Of a DNA stretch of 64,000 bases, positions 25,501-38,600 are shown piece after piece (the first letter of the stretch is position 1; each line of letters starts with the position of its first letter). A model generated the notes under the pieces. It was not told the origin of the DNA. It saw nothing but the letters and a program-made list of their open reading frames with translations, and made no database searches. The translations under genes and the position numbers were made by a program. Source of the DNA: Balanoglossus misakiensis (Eukaryota > Animalia > Hemichordata); contig CM082597.2 of assembly GCA_040954595.2 (NCBI GenBank), positions 5,833,244-5,897,243 of the forward strand, in the 5' to 3' direction.

Positions 25501-28500
25501 AATCTTTTATTCAGGTGTTTCTCAGACAAATGTGAATGGTTAACTAGAGACTGTAACAGACCACTGGATTTAGTTTGCGAGGATAACGGTAAGTATTTTG
25601 AGACATCAGCGATTAATCTCGTTCTTAAATCTTCCCTTTCCTACACATTTGACCACCTGTGTAGTTCTGTGGTGTGTATACATTCAACATACGCCATGAT
25701 ACATGCAAAGTCGACAAATACATACACTTTAATTGTAAATATATATTTATCCGCGTGGAAGGGAGTCACATTGGAAATATGTATAATGGACGATTACCTG
25801 TTGTTTTCGGTAAATGGATAATTTGGCATTGACTGGCAAAGACGTCTCCTTAGAGAATGTGTAATATATTCCTGTTAGTGCCTTCGAAATTTTAGAAATT
25901 CAATTGATAATACTTTGCCACCCCTCACGTCATCTGAATTTCACATTTGCAACATTCAGATGATGACTTACTTCTGATGCGTGAGAGTTTGGTCAAGATA
26001 AGTGACGATGAATTCAGAACAGCAGATGTGGTAAGAAAGGTTCCAATCATTTGAGACTGATGTAATGCACTGTGTTGTAGAAAGCCAGCGAAATCCACAT
26101 AAGAGATAGAACATTTTTGAAAATGCTCCATACTAAACAATTCCACATAATGCTATTAACCACATACTATGACTATGTAATTGTATATTCTTTTGCCAGG
26201 GCATAAGCGTAATTGACAAGGTGGACACTTTAACCTCTGACCTTTCAAATAAAAGTGTCATATTTAAAGGAAGAATTCTTTTTGCTAAAGGTATTGTTAT
26301 ATTTTGTTGTTTTCACCAAAATGACTCTTTGACATCGGCATCCATCACAACACCGTCCGCATTCAATATCATCCAATGATGTATATGAGATAATTGTATC
26401 AGATGCAGAAAATTAGGGCTTTGCGATTATTAAGCGTATCGAAAATGCGTCAACTGCAGTTCGTTTGTTTCGACAAAACATGCAAATTATTGGTGATTGT
26501 ATTGCGTATTGTATTGGACATGTCAGACTATTGAATGATACACTGAATTAAAAGTAGAACGACAGGACTCCATTATCAGTCCATCATTTTTTTTTCCAAA
26601 TGGTTACAAGAAATGAAAGTCACTTAATATTTTTCGGGCATTGATGTAAAGCCGAGAAAGACAGTCAAACAGAGTGAGATAGTTTTAAATGCCAATGTTT
26701 GCATATTTCAGAAACACTGAATGTCATGCAAAAAGTGATGGACAGAATGCAATCCCTAATCGACACCAATCCGAGCCAGAGACTGAATCCCAGGCAGGCA
26801 AATCACCTGACAAAGATAACAACAAAAGTATTCCACCAGTTATCAATGTTTATACTGAACGAGACTGATTGTGGACATGAACCAATCATCCTGAAAACGT
26901 CTTCTCTTGTGCTGCATCTGGAAAAAAACTTTGCGCAGGAATTGTGCAACGTCACCATAATGATTGGAGATGGAAGTGGATTCAATATTCCACCAGCAGA
27001 TATTATGTTTCAACAATTGTCGTGGGACACAGTCTTGAGCAGAATGGTCCGTATACAAATTCGATGATAATAAGAAACAATATATAATGTTTGTTTATAT
27101 TCCTCTATTGTTGAACATGGATAAACATATAACTATCTGCCGCCAGTTAACTTTAATGTGACGTTCTGGTAAGATGTCATTTTTTATGGGATGAACTATA
27201 GGCTGTCATCTGTGTTGTGTCAATGCACCCATTGTCATTATATTCTACAAAATAAGATCATTTCTATGTGGCCTGGTGCTCGAGGAATAATTAAAGTAAG
27301 TTTTTTTTTTAGATTTCCCGTTTTGGTGGGAACCCCCACAGATTGGCAAATAGGACACATGGCTTCACTACCGATATACTGACCTTGGAATTCAGAGATG
27401 AAGATGGTAATGAGATTAAAGGTTGGTTTTCATTAAGGCCATCAGTGGTATCCTAACATTCGCATTGAACTCTCAATATTTTACCAGTTAACGTCGCACC
27501 ATTTAAACCGGAAATGGCGAATTCCTTTAACTAGAAACCCCGGCGACATACTTGTATAAACATACCATCTTGGAGGGCAGAAGTCGATTAATGACAAATT
27601 TGTGAATTTAGTTTTGGCATTATTTTAAAATTATCATGAAACATGTACCTTTTCAGTGAAAAATGCTTCCAAGGATCTTGGCGTATGGCTTGGTAATTAT
27701 CAGACACCTATAAATGAAAGCGTCGTCAGGGGATTATACGTGGAAAGTGAAGGAGTCACTCACTATGCATTGACAGTAACGGTAATGTTTACATACTCTA
27801 TGAAGTTTACTGATCATTGCATGTTTTCTGAACTCGTATTTAACATAACCATTTGATCATATATCATTATGGAATGATAAATAATTTGCATCATTGTTAC
27901 ATAGGTATTCCTGCCGCCCGAAATTGTTGTAGATCTTTGTAAACCTTTCAACGGGGCAAAACTCAAGATCTATACATGTCTCTCGCAGCAAGGGATATGC
28001 AACTTTCGGTTACAAACCTTCGGCTTTGATATCAATTTCCTCGTCATCAATTACAGGGGACATGGTCATAAATTTCGATTTTTCTATAGGTGTTTGATCT
28101 ATAATTTAAGACACTCTGAAAAGGGTATACACGTATAAGACATTGGTGCCATTTCAAACATAGTGTTATCATTTACCTCACAAATTCCATTATGTTAACT
28201 TCAAATGTTAATCTAAAATTCTCATCTTTTTACATTGTAGGCGCTATCGGCCTACTCTGCATTTCAAATCATCCTGGAAGCATCAGCGCCTGTCTTCGAG
28301 ACTACTACAGCATACATGTCACTGGAAAGACTTGACGCCGTCGGTGTCTACAATGGTTCCCATTATATAACTGAGTTGGTATTTGCAGGGTGTACAGCAT
28401 CCATATTTCTACCAGAAGCAAACATCACCAGGACGGGCTTGTATTACATAGCTTTTGACCTTACCAGTGGTAAATTGTTTTTGTTTTTTTTTGCTGTTTA

Positions 28501-29317
28501 TGGTACTGTCAAATTCAAAAATCAACATGTATAATAATATGTAATGCTACGATCTTGATATTTAATTAAAGCTCAACTCGTTGACATAAAAATCACTAAT
28601 TTACTATTTCTATATTGGATTACGCACATATTGGCGGTCATTTTAAATTTAAAATATTAGAAAATTGGGCCTTATGTCGAAATATTCCATCGTGACCCCT
28701 GTTTCACAACTTTAAAAGCCACTCCAGTTAATTTTAAATTAAATCGTTAAAATAAACCTTTTAAGTTTTCTTTTCTTTTTCACTACAGCCCGTGGGGTTG
28801 ACATCAAGGTTTTCACTACTCAACACAGATGTAGCTACTTTGATGAGATTAACTGGCAAAATGATGGTTGTAAGGTATAAACGCATTTCTTCAAATTTTG
28901 CAATAATTAATATGCTCCTTGTACTTCCAAGCGATGAAACTAAAGACATGTGACAATTAGTGCGATTTCAGGGGAAACTGTGGATAAATATGCAACAAAA
29001 CTAAAAATACAGAAGGTAATGCATGTTACGATTAATGCTGACACGTGGAAAATACTGCAAACGTAAAAAATGCACTGATGTAAGTGGGGACTCTTTTCCA
29101 TTATATATTACATCCCTGAGACGTAAACCAAGTGTTTGATCTTGTTTCACTTGCAAAAGAAACGCCCACTGCTGTGTCAATACGCATTTTTCTGCTCGAT
29201 TATTTGCAGGTGTCACCAAAATCCGACTTCAATTCTACTCTGTGTCTGTGTAATCACCTGACTGTTTTCAGTGCAATGGTGGGAGTTGTTGAATCTGATG
29301 GACGATTCCACATTTAG
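22544..29317 (+). CDS. Lectin-GAIN/GPS paralog 3: signal peptide + 2 CTLD + GAIN/GPS, ~634 aa, no TM
   Basis: 13 exons: 22544-22631, 22762-23023, 23524-23582, 24622-24889, 25515-25588, 25960-26030, 26200-26290, 26712-27046, 27313-27421, 27657-27781, 28241-28469, 28789-28874, 29210-29317. Total 1905 nt, same phases as paralog 2. Ends CLCNHLTVFSAMVGVVESDGRFHI*. Confidence 0.88.
23740..24400. repeat. Degenerate internally repetitive insertion in intron 3 of paralog 3
   Basis: TGCACCGAATTTGATGAAA-like and TTTGCATATTT motifs recur at ~23800, 24070, 24220 and 24370. The segment is absent from the equivalent intron of paralog 2. Confidence 0.5.
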
Positions 29318-30619
29318 CACAGGGGCGTCCGTTTGGTCTACAGAAGTTACAAAATAAGCATTTAGCTTATCATGCTTATGGAACGAGTTATAAACTAATA
29401 ATGTACCATTCAAAATGTGTTCATTTTAAATATCTATTATATAAACTTTATGAAATTTTCGCAATAGATTTTAGTAATAATGCATTAAATGTAAAATGAA
29501 GAGCATTTAGCTAGAGTTGACAAAAACTTGTCCGAAAGAGGGACGTTTTCATGAGAATTTAAAAAGAATTGCATTTTGTTAGGTTGAGTGCGTCTACGAT
29601 TAATTTTGTTCATATAGTAAGATGTAATTTATACATTTCTTTGTAATCTGCCAGGATTGGATATATACATGTATACATGGATCAGTATTTCTGTTTGTAA
29701 TAACCAGTACTGTCATTTGCTATTGTAATAATCCGTAATTGTACTTGTCATTAATTGGTGGAGTTAAACTAAAACAAAATAAAGATATTTAGTGTAAGAG
29801 CAGTTAAAAGTTCTGAACACTTGTGTAGAAATACATGTAATACAGCACATCATATCTTTCAGATAATAATATTGATTTATTTTCACTAAAACTACATTGC
29901 ATAATTTAACAGAAGTAGAAAAAAAACTGTGAATAAAACGATAATTATATAATCTTGTGTGTAAGAACATGATTAGGCTTATGGTAAATGTCTTGTGTAA
30001 TTTAAATTTCGCACTTTGTAAACTTAAAAAATAAAGATATCTGCTAAATAGCAGTTATATTAGGCTTTTATTGATTTATGTTCGCAAAAACACATGTTAC
30101 ATAAGCGAACAGATGTAGAGAAAATGTAAATAAACGTAATTGTGTGTAAGAACATGTTATAGCTCATGGTAAATGTCTTGTTGAATTCTGTAAACTTATA
30201 ACATAAAGATATCTGGTTAAAAAGCAGTTACAAGTTCTGGTATATAATGATTAATACTTACTGCAAATACATTTATACATAAATATATGCTGAATGTTAT
30301 GCCTATGAATAAAATACTTTACGTTCTTGTGTATAGGCATTGTCTTTCGCCCGAGCTACGGTTCTGTCGTATTTACTGAAGGTGGCTATTCTTCTGTGAA
30401 TGTAAATATAAGGTGAAAGGTTAACATTTCAAAAATGTCAGTCTATCTGTGCATGTTTTACTGAAATACCTTGCTACGCTTAATGTAACGGTTATGAAAT
30501 TTGAATCGACTAATCATCAAACTATATCGAAGTATTTTAAAAAACATGAAAGGTGAATAAGAAAATAACCGACAAATTTTCGCATTTTCGAATTGCTGTC
30601 AGTTAAACTATGTAAATGT

Positions 30620-32586
30620 TTATTCCTTCCTTGGTTTCCTCCCCCTGAAGTTGATGTTCCTGCATTTAAATGTTTTGTGTCGTCTGCTTCGCTTCCGGCC
30701 TCGCTTCTGCTTCCCGCCTCGACTATTCTGTCGTCTGCCAACTTTCTCTGTTTTGGAGTAAAAAAGATGACATGAGTTTCTTGTTTTGAAATTTAATATA
30801 AGTACATGTACATTATATAAAAATCAAAGTATACAGTTTGCATCGAGAATATAGTGAATGTGTTTCTCTTTGCGATTAACAATCAGTGGTCTTAATATCT
30901 CTGCTTAATAAATGTCAGATGCACGAATTATTAATACTAATTCCCTACCGTTAGCATTTTTATGGAACACAATATACTGAACATGTGTCAAATATCATTT
31001 GAAAATTAATATTGATACATTCCTTGTTGTATTTACATGATTTGTTAATAAAAAGAAAAATAAGACTTGATGAATATTGGTGAAATTATGAGAGGGTTGC
31101 ATGTCACTAGAACAATTTGGGGCCGAATGGATTGATAGAGTAACATTCTCACCGTGAGCTCGACCATTTTCTTCTATAGACTTTTGAATAATCAACTCCT
31201 TTGACTCCGTAATTGTCATTTCTCCCTGCCTCGCCGTGCATAATAGGGTCAAAGGTCGTGACCCTATTGCTTCCGGCAGAAACGTGAATTCACTGACACT
31301 TGTTATCACTGGTCCATCTTCCTCAACGCGCGATCTGCGCGTCCTGTGTGTGGTTATGTTTTCTATATGACGTTGGTGGCTTGTGGACCACTGTAAGTCC
31401 ACGTAATCTGTGTTAGTTGTTTGGCAGACTATAGTTTCGGCGGTGTTGCCATCAATGGTGATTGACTTGTCGTCGGCAGCCTCAATTCCTTTGGTCTTTT
31501 GATACATACTAACCCCAATATGTCTGTCTGTAATTGAGAAGAGCAGATGATGGCGAGTTTGGTCAGATTAAACTCTTGCGGTTGTCACTTAATTTTGGGA
31601 CAAAGTCTCTCTCTCGCTGCCCCTTTTCCCTTGATTATGTTTGATGCAAGGCACCGTTTATATTAGTGTACACGTGTATGTAGTGAATGAACGTTCGATC
31701 AAACGCAACTTCCATCCCGTTTGTAAGATTATAGAGTAAAAATTCGCCCAAAATGAATAAATGGTAGAGAACGATTTTTCATTTTGCCGAGATTTTAACT
31801 CTCATATGCTACAAACGGAGGGAAGTTGTGTGTGGTCGGACGTTGATTCACTATACATCCACATGAAGAATAACAAAAAAAATTATTATATGATAGAAAC
31901 TTAATAAGTTTGTTGTTTGTCAACTCTTCTGTCTTTCTCTTACTGATACGATTCTAACCGGAACACTGAGGCTTCTCTGCTTGTGCACAGTGTAAACAAT
32001 GGCACAGTAATTATATGCATGATAAAATGCGCCCTCTTTTGGTGAACCCTTCCTTCCGCCCAGTAAGGCAAGGTAGGAGGTCAGCTGGAGGTCAGGTGGT
32101 AGGGAGAGTACATGTACACCAATCACTCACACTCTCTCACTCACTGACTCACTGACTCACTCACTCACAATACCCCCACCCCCAATCCTCAGGTTAATAG
32201 ACGGATATACTTACTTGTTACCTGTAGCTCCACTGTATGTTGCAGTGTTATATATCCGCTGTCATCCTTGGGCTCTTTAAGCCGAAACACGACCAAACAA
32301 CGATAGCTGCCCTGATCTGCCAAACTGACATTTTGTATAACTAATTGGCCTTTAGGGGTGGCGCCGTATCTCTTGTGAATGATACCCCGTACGCTGAAGT
32401 CTTCAACGTGGACCAGGGTCGGATTCAGCGGGAGACCAGGCGTGTCTCTGCTCCAATCTATGGTGGTCCTGGTGTATGGCTGGCTGGGGTTGTCGTAGAC
32501 ACAGGGTAGGATAGTGTAGGCATCGCCGTCCTTTGCCGTCGTGCGGGTTTTGGTGGCAGGAGCTTGTGTGAGGAAACCCAGTGAAC
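30620..32586 (-). CDS. Ig-superfamily protein: V-set + C2-like domain + Arg/Lys-rich tail, no TM (leader exon not identified)
   Basis: Phase-1 exons 32586-32215, 31527-31153 and 30747-30620. V-set motifs ILPCVY...IDWSR...LVIQNVSLADQGSYRCLV...TVELQV. Second domain TIVCQT...LQWS...SEFTFLP...LLCTA. Last exon EKVGRRQNSRGGKQKRGRKRSRRHKTFKCRNINFRGRKPRKE*. Confidence 0.8.
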
Positions 32587-32610
32587 CTGTAAGAGTGGTC
32601 GCACATTGTC

Positions 32611-32843
32611 TTAAAGGGAAGGGGTCGTCGCACCGCGAGGGTGTCCCCCTTGATGAGAATATGCCCTCCCATACCAGCGCAAACCCCACTGCAGTCGCCA
32701 CGACCTACTAGGATCTTCAGTTGCTGCCATGCCCAGTCTACGCTACAGTTGGCTGCTTCGTTCATTCTAAGAATGGTCTAATTTGTTTTGGATAAATTGT
32801 AATGTTTATAAACAAACGCGGCGTGACGACCCCTTCACTTTAA
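32611..32843. mobile_element. TTAA-flanked MITE; second copy at 42236-42479
   Basis: TTAAAGGGAAGGGGTCGTCG...GACGACCCCTTCACTTTAA termini; the copy at 42236-42479 is highly similar. Confidence 0.85.
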
Positions 32844-32992
32844 TGATTACAAAAAAATCAACATCAGTGACTCAGTATCCAGCGGCGTATACAACTTTAC
32901 ACGAATCGCCAGATCAATGGTTGTGACGCTATATGTAGCACCTGAATGTATAAACGGGATAGATTTTAAAGGAACCCGATATTGCAATCGCA

Positions 32993-33160
32993 ATGACACC
33001 CTTTTCATAAGTCTAGCGCCCCCATGCAGCCATCATGAATTTGAACTCAAAGCGAGGCTAGTTGGGAAATCCCCTTGATGTGATTGGTCAACGTTCCCCC
33101 ATTGGCCTCGCTTTGAGTTAAAATTCATGAGGGCGCTAGACTTATGAAAAGGGTGTATGA
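32993..33160. mobile_element. Small palindromic MITE
   Basis: ACACCCTTTTCATAAGTCTAGCGCCC.CATG ... CATGAGGGCGCTAGACTTATGAAAAGGGTGT, with inner inverted CAAAGCGAGGC/GCCTCGCTTTG. Confidence 0.7.
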
Positions 33161-35606
33161 CATGTATGATACCAAGTATACCTCCTCGGATTGTGGTCAA
33201 TTGGTTCTTTGGAAATGATAAGTGTTGCAACACAAAGCATGAGTATACAACAGCGCATGCGTGGGTATAGAAACCACAGGCTGATAAAAAATCATGACAT
33301 TGGAGAACTACAGTGTTATGCCAGGTTTTGTTTCATGTTGTTGGACCTGTTTGCACCTGGTTAATACTATAAATAGCCATGCATAATATAAACGTTAAAC
33401 TTCCTGTTTCTACCAGTGACTCACTAAAACGTGATTGTCGTGATAGTTAAATTCCCGGTGATTTACTTCCCTCTCCGGTGCGAAAAAATATTTCCGTAAA
33501 TTCATAATAATTCAAACTGTCGTCAAAGTGTCAACGTGTCGTCAACTATATGCTGAAATTGATAATAATTACATTTAGCATTCTGATTCTTTGCATCAAT
33601 TACAGTTCATACACAATATTCTCAGTTTAATTTATAGCCGGGCTTTACTGACGGTACATTTAGGGCAGCAGGAATATGTAGCGTATACTCTGAATACTAT
33701 TTCTGAAAACAGCGATAGGCGATAACACTTAGGCCATGACCCTTAAATCACTAAATAAAACAGTCATGTTGTATGAGATAATGACCGGTGGTGACTTTCC
33801 TTTCTGTACTTAAAAAAAACGCAAACACAACAAAACAAAAAGCGACCACACGAAATATTGTCCGTACGTTTTGATCGTTTACAACACCGAAAACTTCTGT
33901 TGAAAATAATTATAGTGGCGCTCGCACTGTCAGAAATACTGGTATCGATCTATCGATCGGTAGAACGACTTATCCATTAATTGACTATAGTTCTTCGCTG
34001 AATGAGCTCTGAAAATGTACTCACCCACGAAAATCATATAAAGCCAACGGAATCTTGGTCCCATTGCGGAGGATTACATCGGCGTTCTTCACGCGCTCCG
34101 GGCTCGGTATCAAATGGGGTTTTCCAAATTAAAACTTCGCGTTTCCTGGTTTGGAATCACGCCCATCACGACACAGTATCACGCGCTCAAATTAAGTACA
34201 ACATTCGAACTTTCATTTAAAACATGTGATGCTGCCACTTTTTGCATTATTTTCATGATTTTATTTTCCTTCTTAAATTGGTCCATCTAAATAAGCTTAC
34301 TGATTGGTATGAACACCTTATCGATGCCCGATTGTGACTGCATGTTGCAATTTTGAACACATTATGTATTAAACAGGTGCCGCACCGATTGAATCAGCCT
34401 CCATACAAACAGTAAGCAGCTATCGTTGTATGCGTCGCCAAGAACTGACAAACTGACGCAAGTGAAAGTAATATGGCTTAATGGTGATGATTTTAGAGGA
34501 TAGGGAATATACTTGAAATATTTTACTGTGGAAAAATATGTGAAATTTGTCAGCTATAGGGGCTTTAAAGCCACCAATTCGTGTCATCAATTTGCACACA
34601 GCGTCATCTGCTTTTACTAAATATAGACCACGGAATGAAATCATTCAAACATTGATATTTATTGGGATAAATTGCTATTTGTCAATAGAACTAAAACGCT
34701 ATGAACAAAAGTGCGTTGTAAATTAAAAATTGACCTTAATCACACATCTCCTCACATGCTTTGATTTGATTAATGACCATAATCCATTAACAATCTACAA
34801 TTTCAGCATTTCACTTCTCCAGCACATTCCTCACGTTTCGCCTAATAATTTGAACAATTCAAAATAATAGCGTTTGTACGTATATAGTTTGATACATAAG
34901 TATAATAACCGGTTATTTTTCAATAATAATGGTGTACAATATTTGGCCAGTGTGCAAATTACATCGGTATTTCTTTGTCACTAAAAATCCGTCGAAGGAT
35001 GGATGTCGTCCCGTCTGCCGAAATACGGCATACAATGTCAGTTGAAGTGTAATGAATAATTCTGGCTACCTTAAATAGATTTTTTTTACTTCGTGCTAGG
35101 GGGTCAAATCACATTCTAATAATTGAATTCTGGGACAACTCACGGTTATTTCCATTTCTTAAACACGGCATAAATCGGCCATTTTGAAATTGTGACCATA
35201 TGAGATTTTCATCACTCACCTAGGTAGCTAAAACCTATTTAAGGTAGCGGAAATTCAAAATTCACACTTGTGAACACGAAATATGAATTAATCGCATAAT
35301 AGTTCTGTCGCAGTACTATATACGTAACAAAGAGAGAAAATATCGTTCGTAGTTCGTGTATATATTTTGTGAAAAAATTACATTCGAAAACGTTATTATA
35401 TTTTAATGTCAATCATTGTTATGAATATATTATTGATATGCTAATCTTACAGTTTTTACAGATTTACACGGCGATAATATGTGTTATATATTCTGATCAA
35501 TATGAAGTTAAAAAACGTTCTTGGACTTGTGAAAACTCTGCCTACACATGTCTGGTATGCTAACAGTTTGGAGCATTTTTACACTGTCCTTATGTGCGGC
35601 CTCTTT

Positions 35607-38600
35607 TCAAGGGCATTCGGTATTTCCATCCTGTTGACACGCGCTCTTGGACTTGACCTTGTGGCCTGCCTTGCGACCTCGTCTCCTTCGTCTACAGGAG
35701 CAGTGGTCTGTGCTGTTTTCACCTGTTGTAGAATTAAGGATACCAAGATGAATCAGTTCAACGGTGTTTTTAGTGTCAGCCACCCCGCCTCAAGAATATT
35801 CCAGGCCATGCCCAGAACACCCGCTGTAACAGTTCTTGTGAAATAGTCACCGTTACTCTAGTGGAAATTCCGAAATTCTCATTCCTCCGATAAGGAGAGT
35901 TTCAAATCCCCCAACCGTGGCAGATGTGTAGGCGACGCAATGGGAAGTACAGGTGATGTAGGGCTCACACGACATAATCAATAGGTCAGCTGTGTCATAG
36001 TTACAATGCAAATGTCACTTCAAAAGCGGAACAATTCCTTTTGTCAAGTACGTTGACACTTTCCTCAGTGTGTGGTTTTCCCTTTTCAGCTATTGCAGGG
36101 AACGTTCATTTTTAACGAGGGGTGGGCCGGATGAATCGGAGGGGGTATCGCATTCTACATGACCGGGTGACCCCTTTTTCCTCCGGCCCACCCCTCCATA
36201 ATAATTAATGAAAGCTACGTGAGGCTCGTGAGTATGTATCGCGAATTTTGTTGTGTCCGAGCAAGCCGTCCGAAGTCATCAGGGAGTAAATTCTTGTCTT
36301 TTACTTCAAGATAGGGACACCTCAGGCTTCACTTATATTTCTCAGTCCGGGCATAGAATTTACAATTTGGCATTTTCACAGCGATCGCATACCTCATTGA
36401 TCACAGGAATCGTACTTACTTCTTTACCGATTTCCATTTTAACTGGCTCTTGTCTGCCCGCAATGATTAAAAAAGGATATCCAACGCGTTTTCATGAACT
36501 GCATGTTTGCCATTGCCTGAGTTTGTCTCATATAGTGCGCTCTCGAGCGGTAATATACTAGTATCAACTAGGCCAAATCTATGGTCAGCGCATTCCGTCT
36601 GTGCAACTCAAACCGTTTTGATTGTAACTATGTAGAACTGGCTGACATGATCCTTGCGCGAATAAACGAATAACAAATTAAACAAGAGATAAAACCAGCT
36701 ACGTAACACTGTCTATACCAGTAACCCCGGATTGGCCTGCCGTCGAACTCGCTTGTTGAATGTTGATGTACTTTTTGTAGACCCACATTTCACGGCGAGT
36801 TCAATCATTTACCGATAGGGTGGTTTACATCTAAAATACACAGGGTTGACGTAAGCATTACCTCGGGGTCATCACTGGCATATAAACTACGTGTGCAACT
36901 TGACAAAATGTGGACTGAACGAAAAGCACCGGGCTCATAAATTTGACAGTGTTTGAATATATACAGAAACGACAAGTACACTTATAATTAGTATGTAGTT
37001 TGTAGCTCTGTTATGAAATACAAAAGAAAGGTTTGATAACAACATCGAAATACAACGTCCAATCATTTTATCCATTGGCGGTGTGAGACGGAGGGCATGC
37101 ACGCTTATTAAACAAAATGCTGAATTTGGGTGAAACTTTTTGACCCCACAAAAAACGGTGACGTCACGATTTGTGGGGGAATAAACTACCGCGCAGGGTC
37201 AAATGGACATGTGTATTTAGACAACGTGACTGGAAAGGGCGGAAGACAGTTCGAAAGAAGTTCGCCAGACACTTTTCTTGGAAACCGGTCCATGCTTGGT
37301 CTGGACTGCAAGCCCAGTGTTTTAGGGACAAAGTATCTCTCTCGCTGCCCCTTTTTCCATTAATTATGTCTGATACCAAGACACTGTTTGTGTTATTCTA
37401 CATATAGATATATAGTGAATCAACGTTTGGCAACACATAACTTCCATCCCGTTTGTAGGATATGAGAGTAAAAATCTCGCCGTGATGAATAAACGGTAAA
37501 CACCAATTATTCATTTTGGCGAGTTTTTCACTCTCGTGTCTACTAGTGGGATGGAAGTTGTGTGTGGTTGAACGTTCATTCACTACATATCCACATGTAG
37601 AATAACATAAACGGTGTCTTGTATCAAACAGAATTAATGGAAAAAGGGGCAGCGAGAGAGAGACTTTGTCCCTTTAAGATAGCCTGACTCAGGTGACTGA
37701 CACACAGGGTCTGTAGTCGCCGTCTACTATCGTCGATTTGACAATTTTGCATGTCAATCGAACTCCAAATGCGATGCCTCGGCAACGAGGTCACCACGTG
37801 ATCTTGACTCTGACGTCGTTCAAGTCAATCACATTACGTGACACACTACTGATTGGCCGGAGCAATGACCCGGGCATTGCTAATAGTTGGAAAATAATTA
37901 GCATATGGTCCAATGGGACATATACATATAAACCAAATGGGACCTAAAAATCCCTTCTATTTGGCCTTATAAATTCTTAACAAGTGGTAACTGACTTACC
38001 ATGTAAGACATGCAGTCGGAATTTCGCCGCCCCTTGGTCCAAGAACTGCTCTTCGTCCTTCTTCCTGGTATTGACCTTGATGACGTATTCACCTCGGTCG
38101 CGGAACTGACAATCTGAGATGATGACGGTGACCATGAGGTCCAGGTCGGAGACTCGGACATCGATGCAGAATTTGTTGGCCAGGCACCTGTCCGCCAGGC
38201 CGTACACGGTGCCCACTTCGTGCTTCGCGAACAAATTCTCCGCCTTGACTTTGTACAGAGTCGCGCTGACGTAGTCCTCCTCCAGGGCGACGCTGCCGGA
38301 GCCTGACAAGGTCGCGGTGACCGCCATGGGTTGACCTTGTGACACGGTCAAGTTCAAGTCACTGGGAAACATCACGGACACATCGGTCAAGTCCAGTCGG
38401 GGTGATGACCTGTGACCTCCGACAGTGATACCTGCAGACAAGACAGGGACTGTGCAGTAAGTTAGGGCTGTCAACACTGGCACTAAACGCGCAACGCACA
38501 AAGCAAACGATAGCAGAGGGGAAGAACTGTTTCATTGAGCCAAAAATCGACATAAAATGACGAAAGACTGATGAGCTAGTCTAGCAAGCCAAGTACGTTT

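Noticed and set aside
30517-30741. ORF MADDRIVEAGSRS... as the terminal exon
   Set aside because: It is the wrong frame for the phase-1 donor at 31153; the phase-compatible frame gives the basic tail ending at 30620.
32587-32765. N-terminal part of ORFs 32189-32701 and 32403-32765 as a signal peptide
   Set aside because: This sequence is mostly the MITE 32611-32843, which recurs at 42236; the real exon begins at the acceptor at 32586.
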